Shown here one piece after another: positions 1-9,125 of a DNA stretch of 64,000 nucleotides (its first letter is position 1; each line of letters begins with the position of its first letter). The DNA comes from Alphaproteobacteria bacterium (GTDB taxonomy: Bacteria; Pseudomonadota; Alphaproteobacteria; Rhizobiales; CAJQND01), in contig JAAEUE010000072.1 in NCBI GenBank assembly GCA_024227565.1, forward strand, positions 62,192 through 126,191. The letters run 5' to 3'. The position numbers and the translations under genes are program-made. Under the pieces are notes generated by a model. It was not told the origin of the DNA and ran no database searches. It saw nothing but the letters and a program-made list of their open reading frames with translations.

Positions 1-997
1 CATAGCTTTCATCCAGGAAATGTTTGGAAAGGAGCTGGAATGCGGGTACCGCTTTGCGCCCATCATCCAACTTGAACTCACCCACGATGGCCGCCGCAAT
101 GTCGGGCTTAAGTGCGCTCACCAGCGATTTGCTGGTTTTGTCGTAGCACAGCGGATTGTCGTCGCCATCGCGCGCGAACAGGCCGTGATCGTCGCTCATC
201 GGATCATCAATCACCAGCCAGGAAGCATTGGCATAGCGGGCAAGATAGTCCAGATCCACATTGCCGCTCTTCAGAAGCTCGTGAATGAGCCCGGCCACAA
301 ACAGCCCATCCGTGCCCGGCCGAATGCCCACCCACTCATCGGCAATGGCCGAATAGCCGGACCGGACCGGATTGATCGAGACAATCTTGGTGCCGCGTTC
401 CTTCAGCTTGCCGAGATGCTTCTTCAGCGGGTTGGAGCTGTGTTCCTCAGCGACCCCGAACAGCATGAAATACTTGGTGTGCTCCCAGTCGGGCTCACCA
501 AACTCCCAGAACGACCCACCAATGGTGTAGAGCCCGGCCGCAGCCATGTTCACAGAGCAAAAGCCCCCGTGGGCGGCATAGTTTGGCGTGCCGTACTGAA
601 TGGCCCAAAGGCCGGTCAGCGATTGTGACTGATCACGCCCGGTGAAGAAGGCAAGCTTCTTTGGATCGTCGTTGCGGGTTTGCGACAGCCAGGTGGTGGC
701 GAGCCGCAATGCCTCTTCCCACTCCAGCTCGCGGAATTGGCCTGACCCCCGGGGCCCCACACGCAACAGCGGCTTCTTCAACCGCGCCGGCGAATAGTGC
801 TGCATGATGCCCGCTGAGCCCTTGCCGCACAGAACGCCGCCATTGACCGGATGGTCGCGGTTGCCTTCGATGTAGGTGACGGTGCCGTCTTTCAGGTAGA
901 CCTTGATGCCGCAGCGGCAGGCGCACATGTAGCATGTGGTGTGTTTGATATCGTCCCAGGTCTTGGGCGATGTCTCAACCTGCGGCTGACTAGACAA
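1..997 (-). CDS. soeA: Molybdopterin oxidoreductase catalytic subunit, SoeA-like sulfite dehydrogenase (5' part; runs off window start)
   Basis: Not in the ORF track; translated by hand from TTG at 997, with GAGGAG RBS at 1005-1010. Reads MSSQPQVETSPKTWDDIKHTTCYMCACRCGIKV...VNGGVLCGKGSAGIMQHYSPARL...FFTGRDQSQSLTG...HGGFCSVNMAAAG. Fe4S4 Cys motif of the DMSO reductase family; frame open to position 2. Confidence 0.85.
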   Translation of the reverse strand, partial: MSSQPQVETSPKTWDDIKHTTCYMCACRCGIKVYLKDGTVTYIEGNRDHPVNGGVLCGKGSAGIMQHYSPARLKKPLLRVGPRGSGQFRELEWEEALRLATTWLSQTRNDDPKKLAFFTGRDQSQSLTGLWAIQYGTPNYAAHGGFCSVNMAAAGLYTIGGSFWEFGEPDWEHTKYFMLFGVAEEHSSNPLKKHLGKLKERGTKIVSINPVRSGYSAIADEWVGIRPGTDGLFVAGLIHELLKSGNVDLDYLARYANASWLVIDDPMSDDHGLFARDGDDNPLCYDKTSKSLVSALKPDIAAAIVGEFKLDDGRKAVPAFQLLSKHFLDESY

Positions 998-1199
998 GGT
1001 ATAGCTCCTCCGGATGGTCGGGCTCGTTGCGAGCACCACCACAATGACAGTTTACTGGGCTGCAGAACGCACTACGCCAAAAACGCTGCAATAGATGACC
1101 GCAAGCCCTGGATGAACAGCATCGTGCCGCATCCAGGGACATAGCTCAAATAGCTAGGGTCTATAGCGGCTAGGCCCGGACCTGATGATGAGCCCGATT

Positions 1200-1306
1200 C
1201 TAGAGCAACCCCCGATCAGACGGTATCGGCTGAGCGGGGATAAGTTGCTCGTCCGTAACGAAAATCTGGGGCAACTTCCGCTCAGTTTAAGCGGAAGTTG
1301 CCCGAG
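1200..1306 (+). repeat. 107 bp CTAG-bounded double-hairpin intergenic repeat, copy 1
   Basis: CTAGAGCAAC...GATAAGTTGCTC-spacer-GGGCAACTTCCGCT...AGCGGAAGTTGCCC(GAG). About 6 mismatches to the reverse complement of 23904-24010. Confidence 0.9.
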
Positions 1307-1317
1307 TCGCAGGCTGA

Positions 1318-2655
1318 TCAGCTCGCAGCTTGCTCTTCTTCGAGCGTTTTGCGCAGCTTCTCGATCATTTCATCGATGTGGCTCTTGTCCGAGACAAAGG
1401 GCGGCGCAACGATGCCGCAATCGCCGGTGAACTTCACATGCATGCCGTTCCAGAACAGGCGTTTCTGAACACCGCCGCCCCGCGAACCAGGCGCACCTTT
1501 GGTCTTAAGGTCCACGCCGGCCATCATGCCAATGCCGCGGATATCGCTGATAATGTCCAGATCCCGCAGGCTGAAGATCCCATCGAGGAAGTATTCCGAC
1601 ATGTCGGCCGCCTTCTCGAACAGGTTCTCATCAATGTAGATCTGCTGGGTGGCAACGCCGGCGGCACATGCTGCCGGGTGGCCTGAGTAGGTGTAGCCGT
1701 GGAAGAATTCGATTGCCGCATCCGGAGAGGCGTTCATCACGCCGTCATAGACAAAGTCTTGAACGGCCACAGCGCCCATCGGCTGGGAACCATTGGTCAG
1801 TGCCTTGGCCATGGTCATGATGTCGGGGGTAACGCCAAACAGCTGCGAGGCGAACGGCGCGCCGCAACGGCCAAAGCCTGTGATCACTTCATCAAACACC
1901 AACAGGATGCCGTGCTCGTCACAAATCTCGCGCAGGCGCTCCAGATAGCCCTTGGGCGGCACCAGGCAGCCTGTGGACCCTGCAACAGGCTCAACGAACA
2001 CAGCAGCGATTGTCGAGCCGCCATAGGTTTCGCAGAAGCGCTGCAGATCGTCAGCCATTTCAATGCCGCTTTCCGGCTGGCCGCGCACAAAGCGCTCTTC
2101 CGGGTTCCAGGTGTGGCGCATGCACACAACGTTTGGCATCACGCCGGAGAAGGTTTCGCGGTTCTTCACCATGCCCGACAATGACACACCGCCGATGTTC
2201 ACACCGTGATAGGCCCGCTCGCGCGACACAAAGCGTGTGCGCTGGCCGTCGCCCTTGGCGCGGTGATAGGCCATGGCAATCTTCAATGCCGTGTCGATGG
2301 CTTCAGAGCCGGAGTTCACGAAGAACACGTGATTGATGGGGTCAGGCAGAATGTTGGACACCATTTGCGCCAGGGTGAAAGACGTGGGCTGGCCGCTGCC
2401 GAACGGCGAGCAATAGTCGTTCGTCAAAAGGGCGTTGTGGACCGCGTCAGCGATTTCCTTGCGGCCGTGACCGGCAGGCACGCAGAACAGGCCCGACGAG
2501 CCGTCGATAACCTTGCCACCCTTATGGTCCCAAGCATAAACGCCTTCTGATTTAACAATCAGACGCGGTTCAGCCTTGAAATCCTTGTTGGCCGTAAACG
2601 GCATCCAATGGGCTTCGAGAGAATTGACGGACAGATTTGCTACTGGTGCGTTCAT
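1318..2655 (-). CDS. Class III aminotransferase, omega-amino acid:pyruvate type
   Basis: LEAHWMPFTAN N-terminus, FDEVITGFGR, PLP lysine in DIMTMAKALTNG, HGYTYSGHP. ATG at 2655 preferred as start. Confidence 0.9.
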   Translation of the reverse strand: MNAPVANLSVNSLEAHWMPFTANKDFKAEPRLIVKSEGVYAWDHKGGKVIDGSSGLFCVPAGHGRKEIADAVHNALLTNDYCSPFGSGQPTSFTLAQMVSNILPDPINHVFFVNSGSEAIDTALKIAMAYHRAKGDGQRTRFVSRERAYHGVNIGGVSLSGMVKNRETFSGVMPNVVCMRHTWNPEERFVRGQPESGIEMADDLQRFCETYGGSTIAAVFVEPVAGSTGCLVPPKGYLERLREICDEHGILLVFDEVITGFGRCGAPFASQLFGVTPDIMTMAKALTNGSQPMGAVAVQDFVYDGVMNASPDAAIEFFHGYTYSGHPAACAAGVATQQIYIDENLFEKAADMSEYFLDGIFSLRDLDIISDIRGIGMMAGVDLKTKGAPGSRGGGVQKRLFWNGMHVKFTGDCGIVAPPFVSDKSHIDEMIEKLRKTLEEEQAAS

Positions 2656-2818
2656 GGCATGGGCCCTTTCCTGAAATGCCACCCAAATTGTTCATGCAAG
2701 ACCGGCCGGCGGTCGGCGTCCTGCTTTTGATCGTGAAATACCCTTTTTGGGGCCAGTTTGCGACCAATAATGTCGCAGTTGGCTCCAAATTGGCGAATTC
2801 ACTCTATACTACAATCCA

Positions 2819-2873
2819 GATTGGACCTAAGCTAGAGCCAATCAGAGATAATTTCAGCCCTATCTGGACCATC
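2819..2873. promoter_or_regulatory. Candidate MocR/TauR operator
   Basis: Inverted repeat GATTGGACCTAAGCTAGAGCCAATC (2819-2843) contains TTGGACCTAA; a second CTGGACC lies at 2864. Located between the divergent aminotransferase and regulator. Resembles the R. capsulatus TauR repeat CTGGAC[T/C]TAA. Confidence 0.5.
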
Positions 2874-2897
2874 GCCTGGCCCAGAGGAGAGACATTC

Positions 2898-4388
2898 ATG
2901 CGTGACACGCTGTTCCACATTCGCAAGAGTGAGGTCAATAGTCTGCAGGCCCAAATCCGTGAGACCCTGGTGTCAGCCATTCTGGACCGCCAACTCGGCC
3001 ACGAAGAACCCCTGCCCTCAACCCGCAAGATGGCCAAGATCCTCGGCGTCTCGCGCAACACCGTGGTGCTGGCCTACCAAAGCCTGATCGATGACGGCTA
3101 TCTGGTTTCGCGCGAGCGCTCCGGCTACTACGTCAACGGCTCAATTGCAGACGCAGCCCGGCCCGGGGTTGTCGATCTCCCCAAATCCGACGGCTCGCAA
3201 ACAAGCCATCCTGGACCAGACTGGAAGAGCCGGTTCCGGGTACAGCCGGCAGCGCAAGAAAACATCTCAAAACCGCTCGACTGGCAGTCCTACCCCTACC
3301 CCTTCATCTATGGCCAGGTGGATCACACACTGTTTCCCATCACTGAGTGGCGCGAATGCTCACGCCAGGCCCTAGGCAAGCGCTGGCTGGGCGCCTGGAC
3401 CAACGACACCTGGCAGTATGATGACCCCTTGTTGGTGGAACAGATCCGCCGCCGCCTGCTGCCTCGCCGCGGCATCCGCGTGTCTGACGACCAGATCCTC
3501 ATCACGTTGGGTGCCCAGAACGCACTCTACATTCTAGCCAGCCTGCTGGTGACACGCGACACCCGCGTGGCCATTGAGGAACCAGGCTACACCGACGTGC
3601 GCAACATCTTCCGGCTCAGAACCAATCACATCAAGCCCATCCAAGTGGACGAGCACGGCATGCCTGCAGACGGGCCCCTGGAAGATTGCGATGTGGCCTT
3701 CGTGACCCCGTCGCACCAGTTCCCCACCACCGTGACCATGCCGCTGGAGCGCCGCATGGCCCTTTTGGAGAAGGCCCGCGAGCACGACCTGCTTCTGATT
3801 GAGGACGATTACGAGTTTGAGACCAACTATGTGAACGAGCCCTGCCCGGCCCTGAAATCTCTCGATGATGAAGAGCGGGTCCTCTATATCGGATCGCTAT
3901 CGAAAACCCTGTTCCCTGGCCTTCGGCTGGGCTTTCTTGTGGGGCCACCCGAGCTCATTCGCGAAGCCCGTGCTTTGCGCCGCCTGATGGTGCGGCACGC
4001 GCCGAACAACAATCAACGTACCGCAGCCCTGTTCCTGTCGCTGGGCCACCACGACAGCCTGATCCGCCGCCTGCACCGCGCCTACCGCGCCCGCTGGGAG
4101 ATCATGGGGGATGCCCTGAACACCTATTTTCCGGACTCTGCTAGGGTTCCTGGGTTCGGCGGCACAAGTTTCTGGGTGCAAGGCCCGCCAGGTCTCGACA
4201 GCGACGAGCTCGCCGTGCGCGCCGCCGAGAACGGCATTCTCATCGAACCTGGCCGCATCCATTTTGCGGCGCCTGCAGACCCCTGCCGGCATTTCCGCCT
4301 GGGCTTTTCCTCAATCGCTGAAGAAAAAATCGAGCCTGGCATCAAGCTTTTGGCTGAGATTGCTCACAACCAGGCCAAGGCCGCCTGA
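2898..4388 (+). CDS. MocR/GntR-family PLP-dependent regulator, TauR-like
   Basis: GntR HTH (LPSTRKMAKILGVSRNTVVLAYQSL) plus aminotransferase-like domain (TPSHQFPT, EDDYE, SLSKTLFPGLRLGF). GAGGAG RBS before ATG at 2898. Confidence 0.9.
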   Translation: MRDTLFHIRKSEVNSLQAQIRETLVSAILDRQLGHEEPLPSTRKMAKILGVSRNTVVLAYQSLIDDGYLVSRERSGYYVNGSIADAARPGVVDLPKSDGSQTSHPGPDWKSRFRVQPAAQENISKPLDWQSYPYPFIYGQVDHTLFPITEWRECSRQALGKRWLGAWTNDTWQYDDPLLVEQIRRRLLPRRGIRVSDDQILITLGAQNALYILASLLVTRDTRVAIEEPGYTDVRNIFRLRTNHIKPIQVDEHGMPADGPLEDCDVAFVTPSHQFPTTVTMPLERRMALLEKAREHDLLLIEDDYEFETNYVNEPCPALKSLDDEERVLYIGSLSKTLFPGLRLGFLVGPPELIREARALRRLMVRHAPNNNQRTAALFLSLGHHDSLIRRLHRAYRARWEIMGDALNTYFPDSARVPGFGGTSFWVQGPPGLDSDELAVRAAENGILIEPGRIHFAAPADPCRHFRLGFSSIAEEKIEPGIKLLAEIAHNQAKAA

Positions 4389-4614
4389 GGCGGACCGGAT
4401 CCATGCGCACACGCTTTCACTCCAACGCTGGCAGGACGGAAGCGGTCTGGCGCAATCATCTGGTCTCATCTGGTCCTGTGATGGGACCAAAAACAGGTTT
4501 ATGGACACTTGAACGTCCCCACTGGTCCAGAAGATCACGGCACCAGGCGGACGCCCCTCGAACATATCTCGTAATGGCCCTGAGTGGCCCAACACGCAGT
4601 CAGGAGTAGGCACG

Positions 4615-5733
4615 ATGCTTATTGGCGTCCCCAAGGAAATTAAGGTCAAGGAATTCCGCGTCGGCATGACCCCGACCGCAGTGCGCGAAGTGGTTGCCCA
4701 CGGCCACAAGGTGATCGTGGAAACAGAATGCGGCGCCGGCATCGGCATGGACGATGCGATCTATGAGGCCGCGGGCGCCGAGGTGGTGAAAACCGCCAAG
4801 GAAGTCTTCGACAACGCGGAAATGATTGTGAAGGTGAAAGAGCCTCAAGCAGGCGAACGGGCCATGTTGTCTGAAGGCCAGATCCTGTTCACATATCTGC
4901 ACCTGGCTCCCGATCCGGACCAGACCAAGGATCTGGTGGACAGCGGCGCAACCTGCATCGCCTATGAAACCGTAACCGGGCGCATGGGCGGTCTGCCCCT
5001 GCTCGCCCCCATGTCGGAAGTCGCTGGCCGCCTGTCTATCCAGGCAGGCGCCTATTATCTTGAAAAGGCCCATGGCGGCCACGGCGTCCTCTTGGGCGGC
5101 GTTCCAGGCGTTGATCCGGCCAAGGTCGTGGTTCTGGGCGGCGGCATGGTTGGCCGTCACGCCATCCACATTGCGCTTGGCATGGGTGCAGACACCTGGG
5201 TGATCGACAAGAACGTCGATGTGCTGCGCCAGTGCTGGCAGCAGTTCGACCGTCCATTGAACACAGTCTACTCCACCATCGATGCCATCGAGCGTCATCT
5301 GGCGGATGCAGACCTGGTCATTGGCGGCGTGCTCATTCCAGGGGCCGCAGCACCGAAGCTGATCACCGCTGATCTGGTGAAATCCATGAAACCAGGCTCA
5401 GTGATTGTTGATGTGGCCATCGACCAGGGCGGCTGTGCTGAAACCTCCCATGCCACGACCCACGACGATCCGGTCTATGTGGTTGACGATGTGATCCACT
5501 ACTGCGTGGCGAACATGCCGGGCGGCGTGCCGAAAACCAGCACCTATGCGCTCAACAACGTCACCCTGCCCTTCACCCTGGCGCTTGCAGACAAAGGCTG
5601 GCGCAATGCCCTGGCCGAAGACGAGCACCTGCTGGCCGGCCTGAACGTGCACAAAGGCAATGTGACCTACAAGGCCGTGGCTGACGATCTCGGCTACGAC
5701 TACATGGACCCGCGCGAAGCGCTGCGGGTTTAG
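4615..5733 (+). CDS. ald: Alanine dehydrogenase
   Basis: MLIGVPKEIK..EFRVG, LFTYLHLA, DVAIDQGGC, HYCVANMPG; AGGAG RBS. Confidence 0.97.
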   Translation: MLIGVPKEIKVKEFRVGMTPTAVREVVAHGHKVIVETECGAGIGMDDAIYEAAGAEVVKTAKEVFDNAEMIVKVKEPQAGERAMLSEGQILFTYLHLAPDPDQTKDLVDSGATCIAYETVTGRMGGLPLLAPMSEVAGRLSIQAGAYYLEKAHGGHGVLLGGVPGVDPAKVVVLGGGMVGRHAIHIALGMGADTWVIDKNVDVLRQCWQQFDRPLNTVYSTIDAIERHLADADLVIGGVLIPGAAAPKLITADLVKSMKPGSVIVDVAIDQGGCAETSHATTHDDPVYVVDDVIHYCVANMPGGVPKTSTYALNNVTLPFTLALADKGWRNALAEDEHLLAGLNVHKGNVTYKAVADDLGYDYMDPREALRV

Positions 5734-5749
5734 CGGCTTTCATGCATCA

Positions 5750-5776
5750 GCAGCGGCGGGCCCGGCTCGCCGCTGC
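5750..5776. terminator. GC-rich hairpin between convergent ald and eipB
   Basis: GCAGCGGCGGGC-CCG-GCTCGCCGCTGC stem; no clear U-tract. Confidence 0.45.
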
Positions 5777-5813
5777 CAAAGCCCCAACACTCGCCTGAGC
5801 CGCCGGCCAAGCT

Positions 5814-6677
5814 TTACTCGCAGCCGGGCAGTTCCAGCATCTCAAGATGGGTGAGCGCACCCTTCATTTTGAAGTCGCCGTAGTCGATCGTGAGATCGCC
5901 GGTTACGCCGTTGTCAAAAAGCTGAAAGCTCATCTGGTGCGACGGCACCTGTTCGCCCTCAACCTTTTCGACCGGATCGTAATAGCTCACCGTCATCGGC
6001 CAGGAGGTGAGCAGCTTGAGCACATCATTGTGCTTTCCCTCGTTGGCATGTTTGGCCGCGCCCGGTTCGCGTTTCTTGCCAATCACTGAGGAGGCGGTGA
6101 ACACCTTCTTTTCCGCAGACCCTTCATAGAGATTGATCTCGTCGATGGTCTTGCCTTCACGCGCCAGCCCGAGCAGGCGCCGCGTGTGGGCCAATGGGAA
6201 GGCCGTGTTCTTGGGCAAATCAAAGGTCTCTTCAGTGGGCTTCGTCATGGCCACCGCGCCGGTGCCGCCGGCAATGCGCGCCCGGCCCTTGGCCTCGGTT
6301 TGCAGCTTGCCGTTCACATATTCCCGGCTGGTAAAGTCCATGGTTTGCCCATCAGTCGTCTCAAATGACGAATTCTGGATGTCCAGCACCGAACTCTTGC
6401 CGCGCCGCAGGGTGAATTGGTTGACGAAGCGCACGTTGACGGTCCAGCCTTCGCAGCCGGCTGCCGAAATTTCCACGGCCAACCTGCCGCGTGCAGCACG
6501 AATACCTGACCGGTCCTGCGCGTCAGCCAGCTTGAGGTCATACACAGCCCGGTGCGGTGTCAAACCCGGAGCTGCATGGGCGCTCAGCGGCAAAGCGGCA
6601 AGCCCTAAGCCGGCCAACACAAGTGTTTTGGCAAGGGGAGCGCGTTTTTTCGTTGCAATCGGGCGTGCGTGGTGCAT
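5814..6677 (-). CDS. eipB: Cell envelope integrity protein EipB (DUF1849)
   Basis: Signal peptide followed by LTPHRAVYDLKL, CEGWT, and C-terminal NGVTGDLTIDYGDF...C. Confidence 0.85.
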   Translation of the reverse strand: MHHARPIATKKRAPLAKTLVLAGLGLAALPLSAHAAPGLTPHRAVYDLKLADAQDRSGIRAARGRLAVEISAAGCEGWTVNVRFVNQFTLRRGKSSVLDIQNSSFETTDGQTMDFTSREYVNGKLQTEAKGRARIAGGTGAVAMTKPTEETFDLPKNTAFPLAHTRRLLGLAREGKTIDEINLYEGSAEKKVFTASSVIGKKREPGAAKHANEGKHNDVLKLLTSWPMTVSYYDPVEKVEGEQVPSHQMSFQLFDNGVTGDLTIDYGDFKMKGALTHLEMLELPGCE

Positions 6678-6742
6678 TTGTGGGATCTTCCTTGACGGGC
6701 AGCAAGCGCCCTCGTGTAATCCAATAACCAGCTTTTATCGAT

Positions 6743-7720
6743 ATGACCATGCCCGGCAAGCCCAAACTTTTCGTGACCCGCAAACTTACTCAAGACGTTG
6801 AGGACCGTATCGCCGCTGCGTACGAGGCTGTATTCAACGAAGATGACCACATTATGAGCCCGGCAGAGCTGGTGGAGAAGGCTCAGGGCTGCGACGGCAT
6901 GCTTGTGACGGCCACCGAAAAGAACGACGCCAGCCTGATTGGCGCCCTGCCCGGCAGTGTTCGCATTATCGCAACATTCTCCGTAGGCTACGATCACATT
7001 GATGTGCCAGCCGCAGAGGCCCGCGGCATTGCAGTTACCAACACGCCTGACGTTCTGACCGATGCCACAGCCGATGTTGCCCTGTTGCTCCTTTTGGGCG
7101 CGGCCCGAGGGGCCGATTGGGGCGAGCGCATGGTGCGCGACGCCACCTGGACCTCCTGGGCCCCGACCTATCCCTTGGGCCACGATGTGACAGGCCGGAA
7201 ACTGGGCATCTTGGGCATGGGCCGAATTGGCCAGGCTGTGGCCAAGAGAGCCCGCGGTTTCAATATGCAGATCCACTATCACAAGCGCTCGCGCCTGCCG
7301 GCCGAACTTGAACAGGGCGCGGTCTTTCATGACACGCTTGAGGGCATGCTGGGCCAAAGCGAGTTTCTCTCCATCAACTGCGCCTCCACACCTGAAACAC
7401 GTGGCCTGATCAACGCAGAAACCATCGCGATGATGCCCGATGGCGCGGTGTTGGTGAATACGGCCCGCGGTGACATTGTCGATGACGATGCGTTGATCGC
7501 CGCGGTAGAAAGTGGAAAGCTGGCGGCGGCAGGCCTTGATGTGTTCGCCGGCGAGCCGGCCATCGATGAGCGCTACCGCTCCCTGAAGAACACCTTCCTG
7601 CTGCCCCATATCGGTTCTGCAACCCTTGGCACCCGCAGCGCCATGGGCATGCGGGCGGTCGATAATCTGGATGCATTTTTCGCTGGTCAAACCCCAGGTG
7701 ACCTGGTCACCGCGGGCTGA
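6743..7720 (+). CDS. D-2-hydroxyacid dehydrogenase (glyoxylate/hydroxypyruvate reductase-like)
   Basis: SVGYDHID, TNTPDVLTDATAD, GILGMGRIG, VNTARG, LPHIGSAT. Confidence 0.92.
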   Translation: MTMPGKPKLFVTRKLTQDVEDRIAAAYEAVFNEDDHIMSPAELVEKAQGCDGMLVTATEKNDASLIGALPGSVRIIATFSVGYDHIDVPAAEARGIAVTNTPDVLTDATADVALLLLLGAARGADWGERMVRDATWTSWAPTYPLGHDVTGRKLGILGMGRIGQAVAKRARGFNMQIHYHKRSRLPAELEQGAVFHDTLEGMLGQSEFLSINCASTPETRGLINAETIAMMPDGAVLVNTARGDIVDDDALIAAVESGKLAAAGLDVFAGEPAIDERYRSLKNTFLLPHIGSATLGTRSAMGMRAVDNLDAFFAGQTPGDLVTAG

Positions 7721-7751
7721 ATTCCAACCCCTAGTCAAAGGAAATATGAAG

Positions 7752-8216
7752 ATGGGCAAAATTGATGATCGTCTCGCCGAAATCGGCGTTGAAATCCCCG
7801 AAGCAGCCGCACCAGTGGCCAACTATGTGGGCTATGTTCAAAGCGGCAATATGGTGTTTGTCTCCGGCCAGGTGACCATCGACAATGGTGAGTTCAAATT
7901 CATCGGCAAAGTCGGTGAAGATTACACCGTGGAAGAAGGCGCCGAAGCCGCCCGCCTGTGCGGCATCAACATCATCGCTCAGGTGAAAGCAGCCTGCGGC
8001 GGCGATTTGGACCGGGTGACCCGCGTGGTGAAACTGGGCGGCTTCGTCAACGCGCCTGTCAGCTTCACTGACCACCCGAAGGTGATCAACGGCTGTTCGG
8101 ACCTTATGGTGGAAGTGTTTGGCGACAAAGGCCGCCACGCCCGCTTTGCCATGGGCGCAGGCTCCTTGCCGCTGAACGTTGCTGTTGAGGTCGATGCGGT
8201 GTTCGAAATCGAGTAG
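7752..8216 (+). CDS. RidA/YjgF family protein
   Basis: APVANYV, VSGQV, HPKVINGCSDL, GRHARFAMG. Start at 7746 or 7752. Confidence 0.9.
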   Translation: MGKIDDRLAEIGVEIPEAAAPVANYVGYVQSGNMVFVSGQVTIDNGEFKFIGKVGEDYTVEEGAEAARLCGINIIAQVKAACGGDLDRVTRVVKLGGFVNAPVSFTDHPKVINGCSDLMVEVFGDKGRHARFAMGAGSLPLNVAVEVDAVFEIE

Positions 8217-8231
8217 TTCGCGTTGAACCCC

Positions 8232-8990
8232 ATGGCCCCGGGCACCCGGCGCGCACTGGACTGGCTCACGGCCCGGCCGGTAGCCCACCGCGGCCTGCAT
8301 GACATGGGCAAAGGCATTGTCGAAAACACCCAGAGCGCCGTTCAGGCGGCGCTCGAGGGTAGCTATGCCATTGAGGTGGACCTGCAACTCACCGCCGACG
8401 GCGAGGCCATGGTGTTTCACGACTACACCCTGGAGCGGCTCACGGACGGCACTGGGCGTGTCATCGACCACACCACCGCTGCGCTCAAGCACGTTCGCTT
8501 CAAAGCCTGTGACGACCGCATGCAAACCCTGGCAGAGCTGCTGGAACAGGTTGCCGGCCGCGCCACCTTGATGTTGGAGCTGAAAAGCCGGTGGAAAGAC
8601 ATCGGTCCGCTTGAGCAAAGGGTCGCTGAGGTGCTGAAGGGCTATCAGGGCCCTGCTTCAGTGATGTCGTTTGATCCCCATTCCATGATCGCCATGAAAG
8701 CCATCGCGCCTCACCTGGTGCGAGGTTTGGTGTCGGAGCGGTTTGAGCCCACTGAAGAGTGGCAGCTCATGTCGGTTGGTCAGCGGCTTGCCTTAAGGCA
8801 CGGTTTGCAGCTGCCGGAGTGCGACCCGCATTTTCTGCATTATCACGTGAAGGGGCTGCCCTACGGCCCCACACGGCTCTTCCGCAAGCTTGGCCGTCCG
8901 GTTCTGACATGGACCGTTCGAACGCCGGCAGAACGCGAAATTGCCGCAAAATATGCCGATCAAATGATCTTCGAGGGTTTTCGCCCGTAG
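8232..8990 (+). CDS. Glycerophosphodiester phosphodiesterase family protein
   Basis: AHRGLH, ENT, IEVDLQLTADG..VFHD, LTWTVR. Confidence 0.9.
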   Translation: MAPGTRRALDWLTARPVAHRGLHDMGKGIVENTQSAVQAALEGSYAIEVDLQLTADGEAMVFHDYTLERLTDGTGRVIDHTTAALKHVRFKACDDRMQTLAELLEQVAGRATLMLELKSRWKDIGPLEQRVAEVLKGYQGPASVMSFDPHSMIAMKAIAPHLVRGLVSERFEPTEEWQLMSVGQRLALRHGLQLPECDPHFLHYHVKGLPYGPTRLFRKLGRPVLTWTVRTPAEREIAAKYADQMIFEGFRP

Positions 8991-8992
8991 TG

Positions 8993-9098
8993 CTAGAGCA
9001 ACCTCTGGCCAGACGGTACGTCTGCTCGGTGATAAGTTGCTCGTTAATCACGATAATCTGGTGCACATTCCGCTCAAATTGAGCGGAATGTGCAGTAG
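8993..9098 (+). repeat. 106 bp double-hairpin repeat, copy 2 (diverged)
   Basis: CTAGAGCAACCTCTGGCCAGACG...GATAAGTTGCTCG...ATAATCTGG, then TGCACATTCCGCTCAA-A-TTGAGCGGAATGTGCA and GTAG. Confidence 0.85.
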
Positions 9099-9125
9099 TA
9101 TCGGGTAATCAACAAGCCGGATAAA

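Noticed and set aside
20-628. 202 aa plus-strand ORF
   Set aside because: Antisense shadow of soeA, which carries the recognisable motifs on the minus strand.
1196-1308. GANTC (CcrM) sites GATTC and GAGTC flanking repeat copy 1
   Set aside because: Not present at the other three copies, so not a conserved feature of the family.
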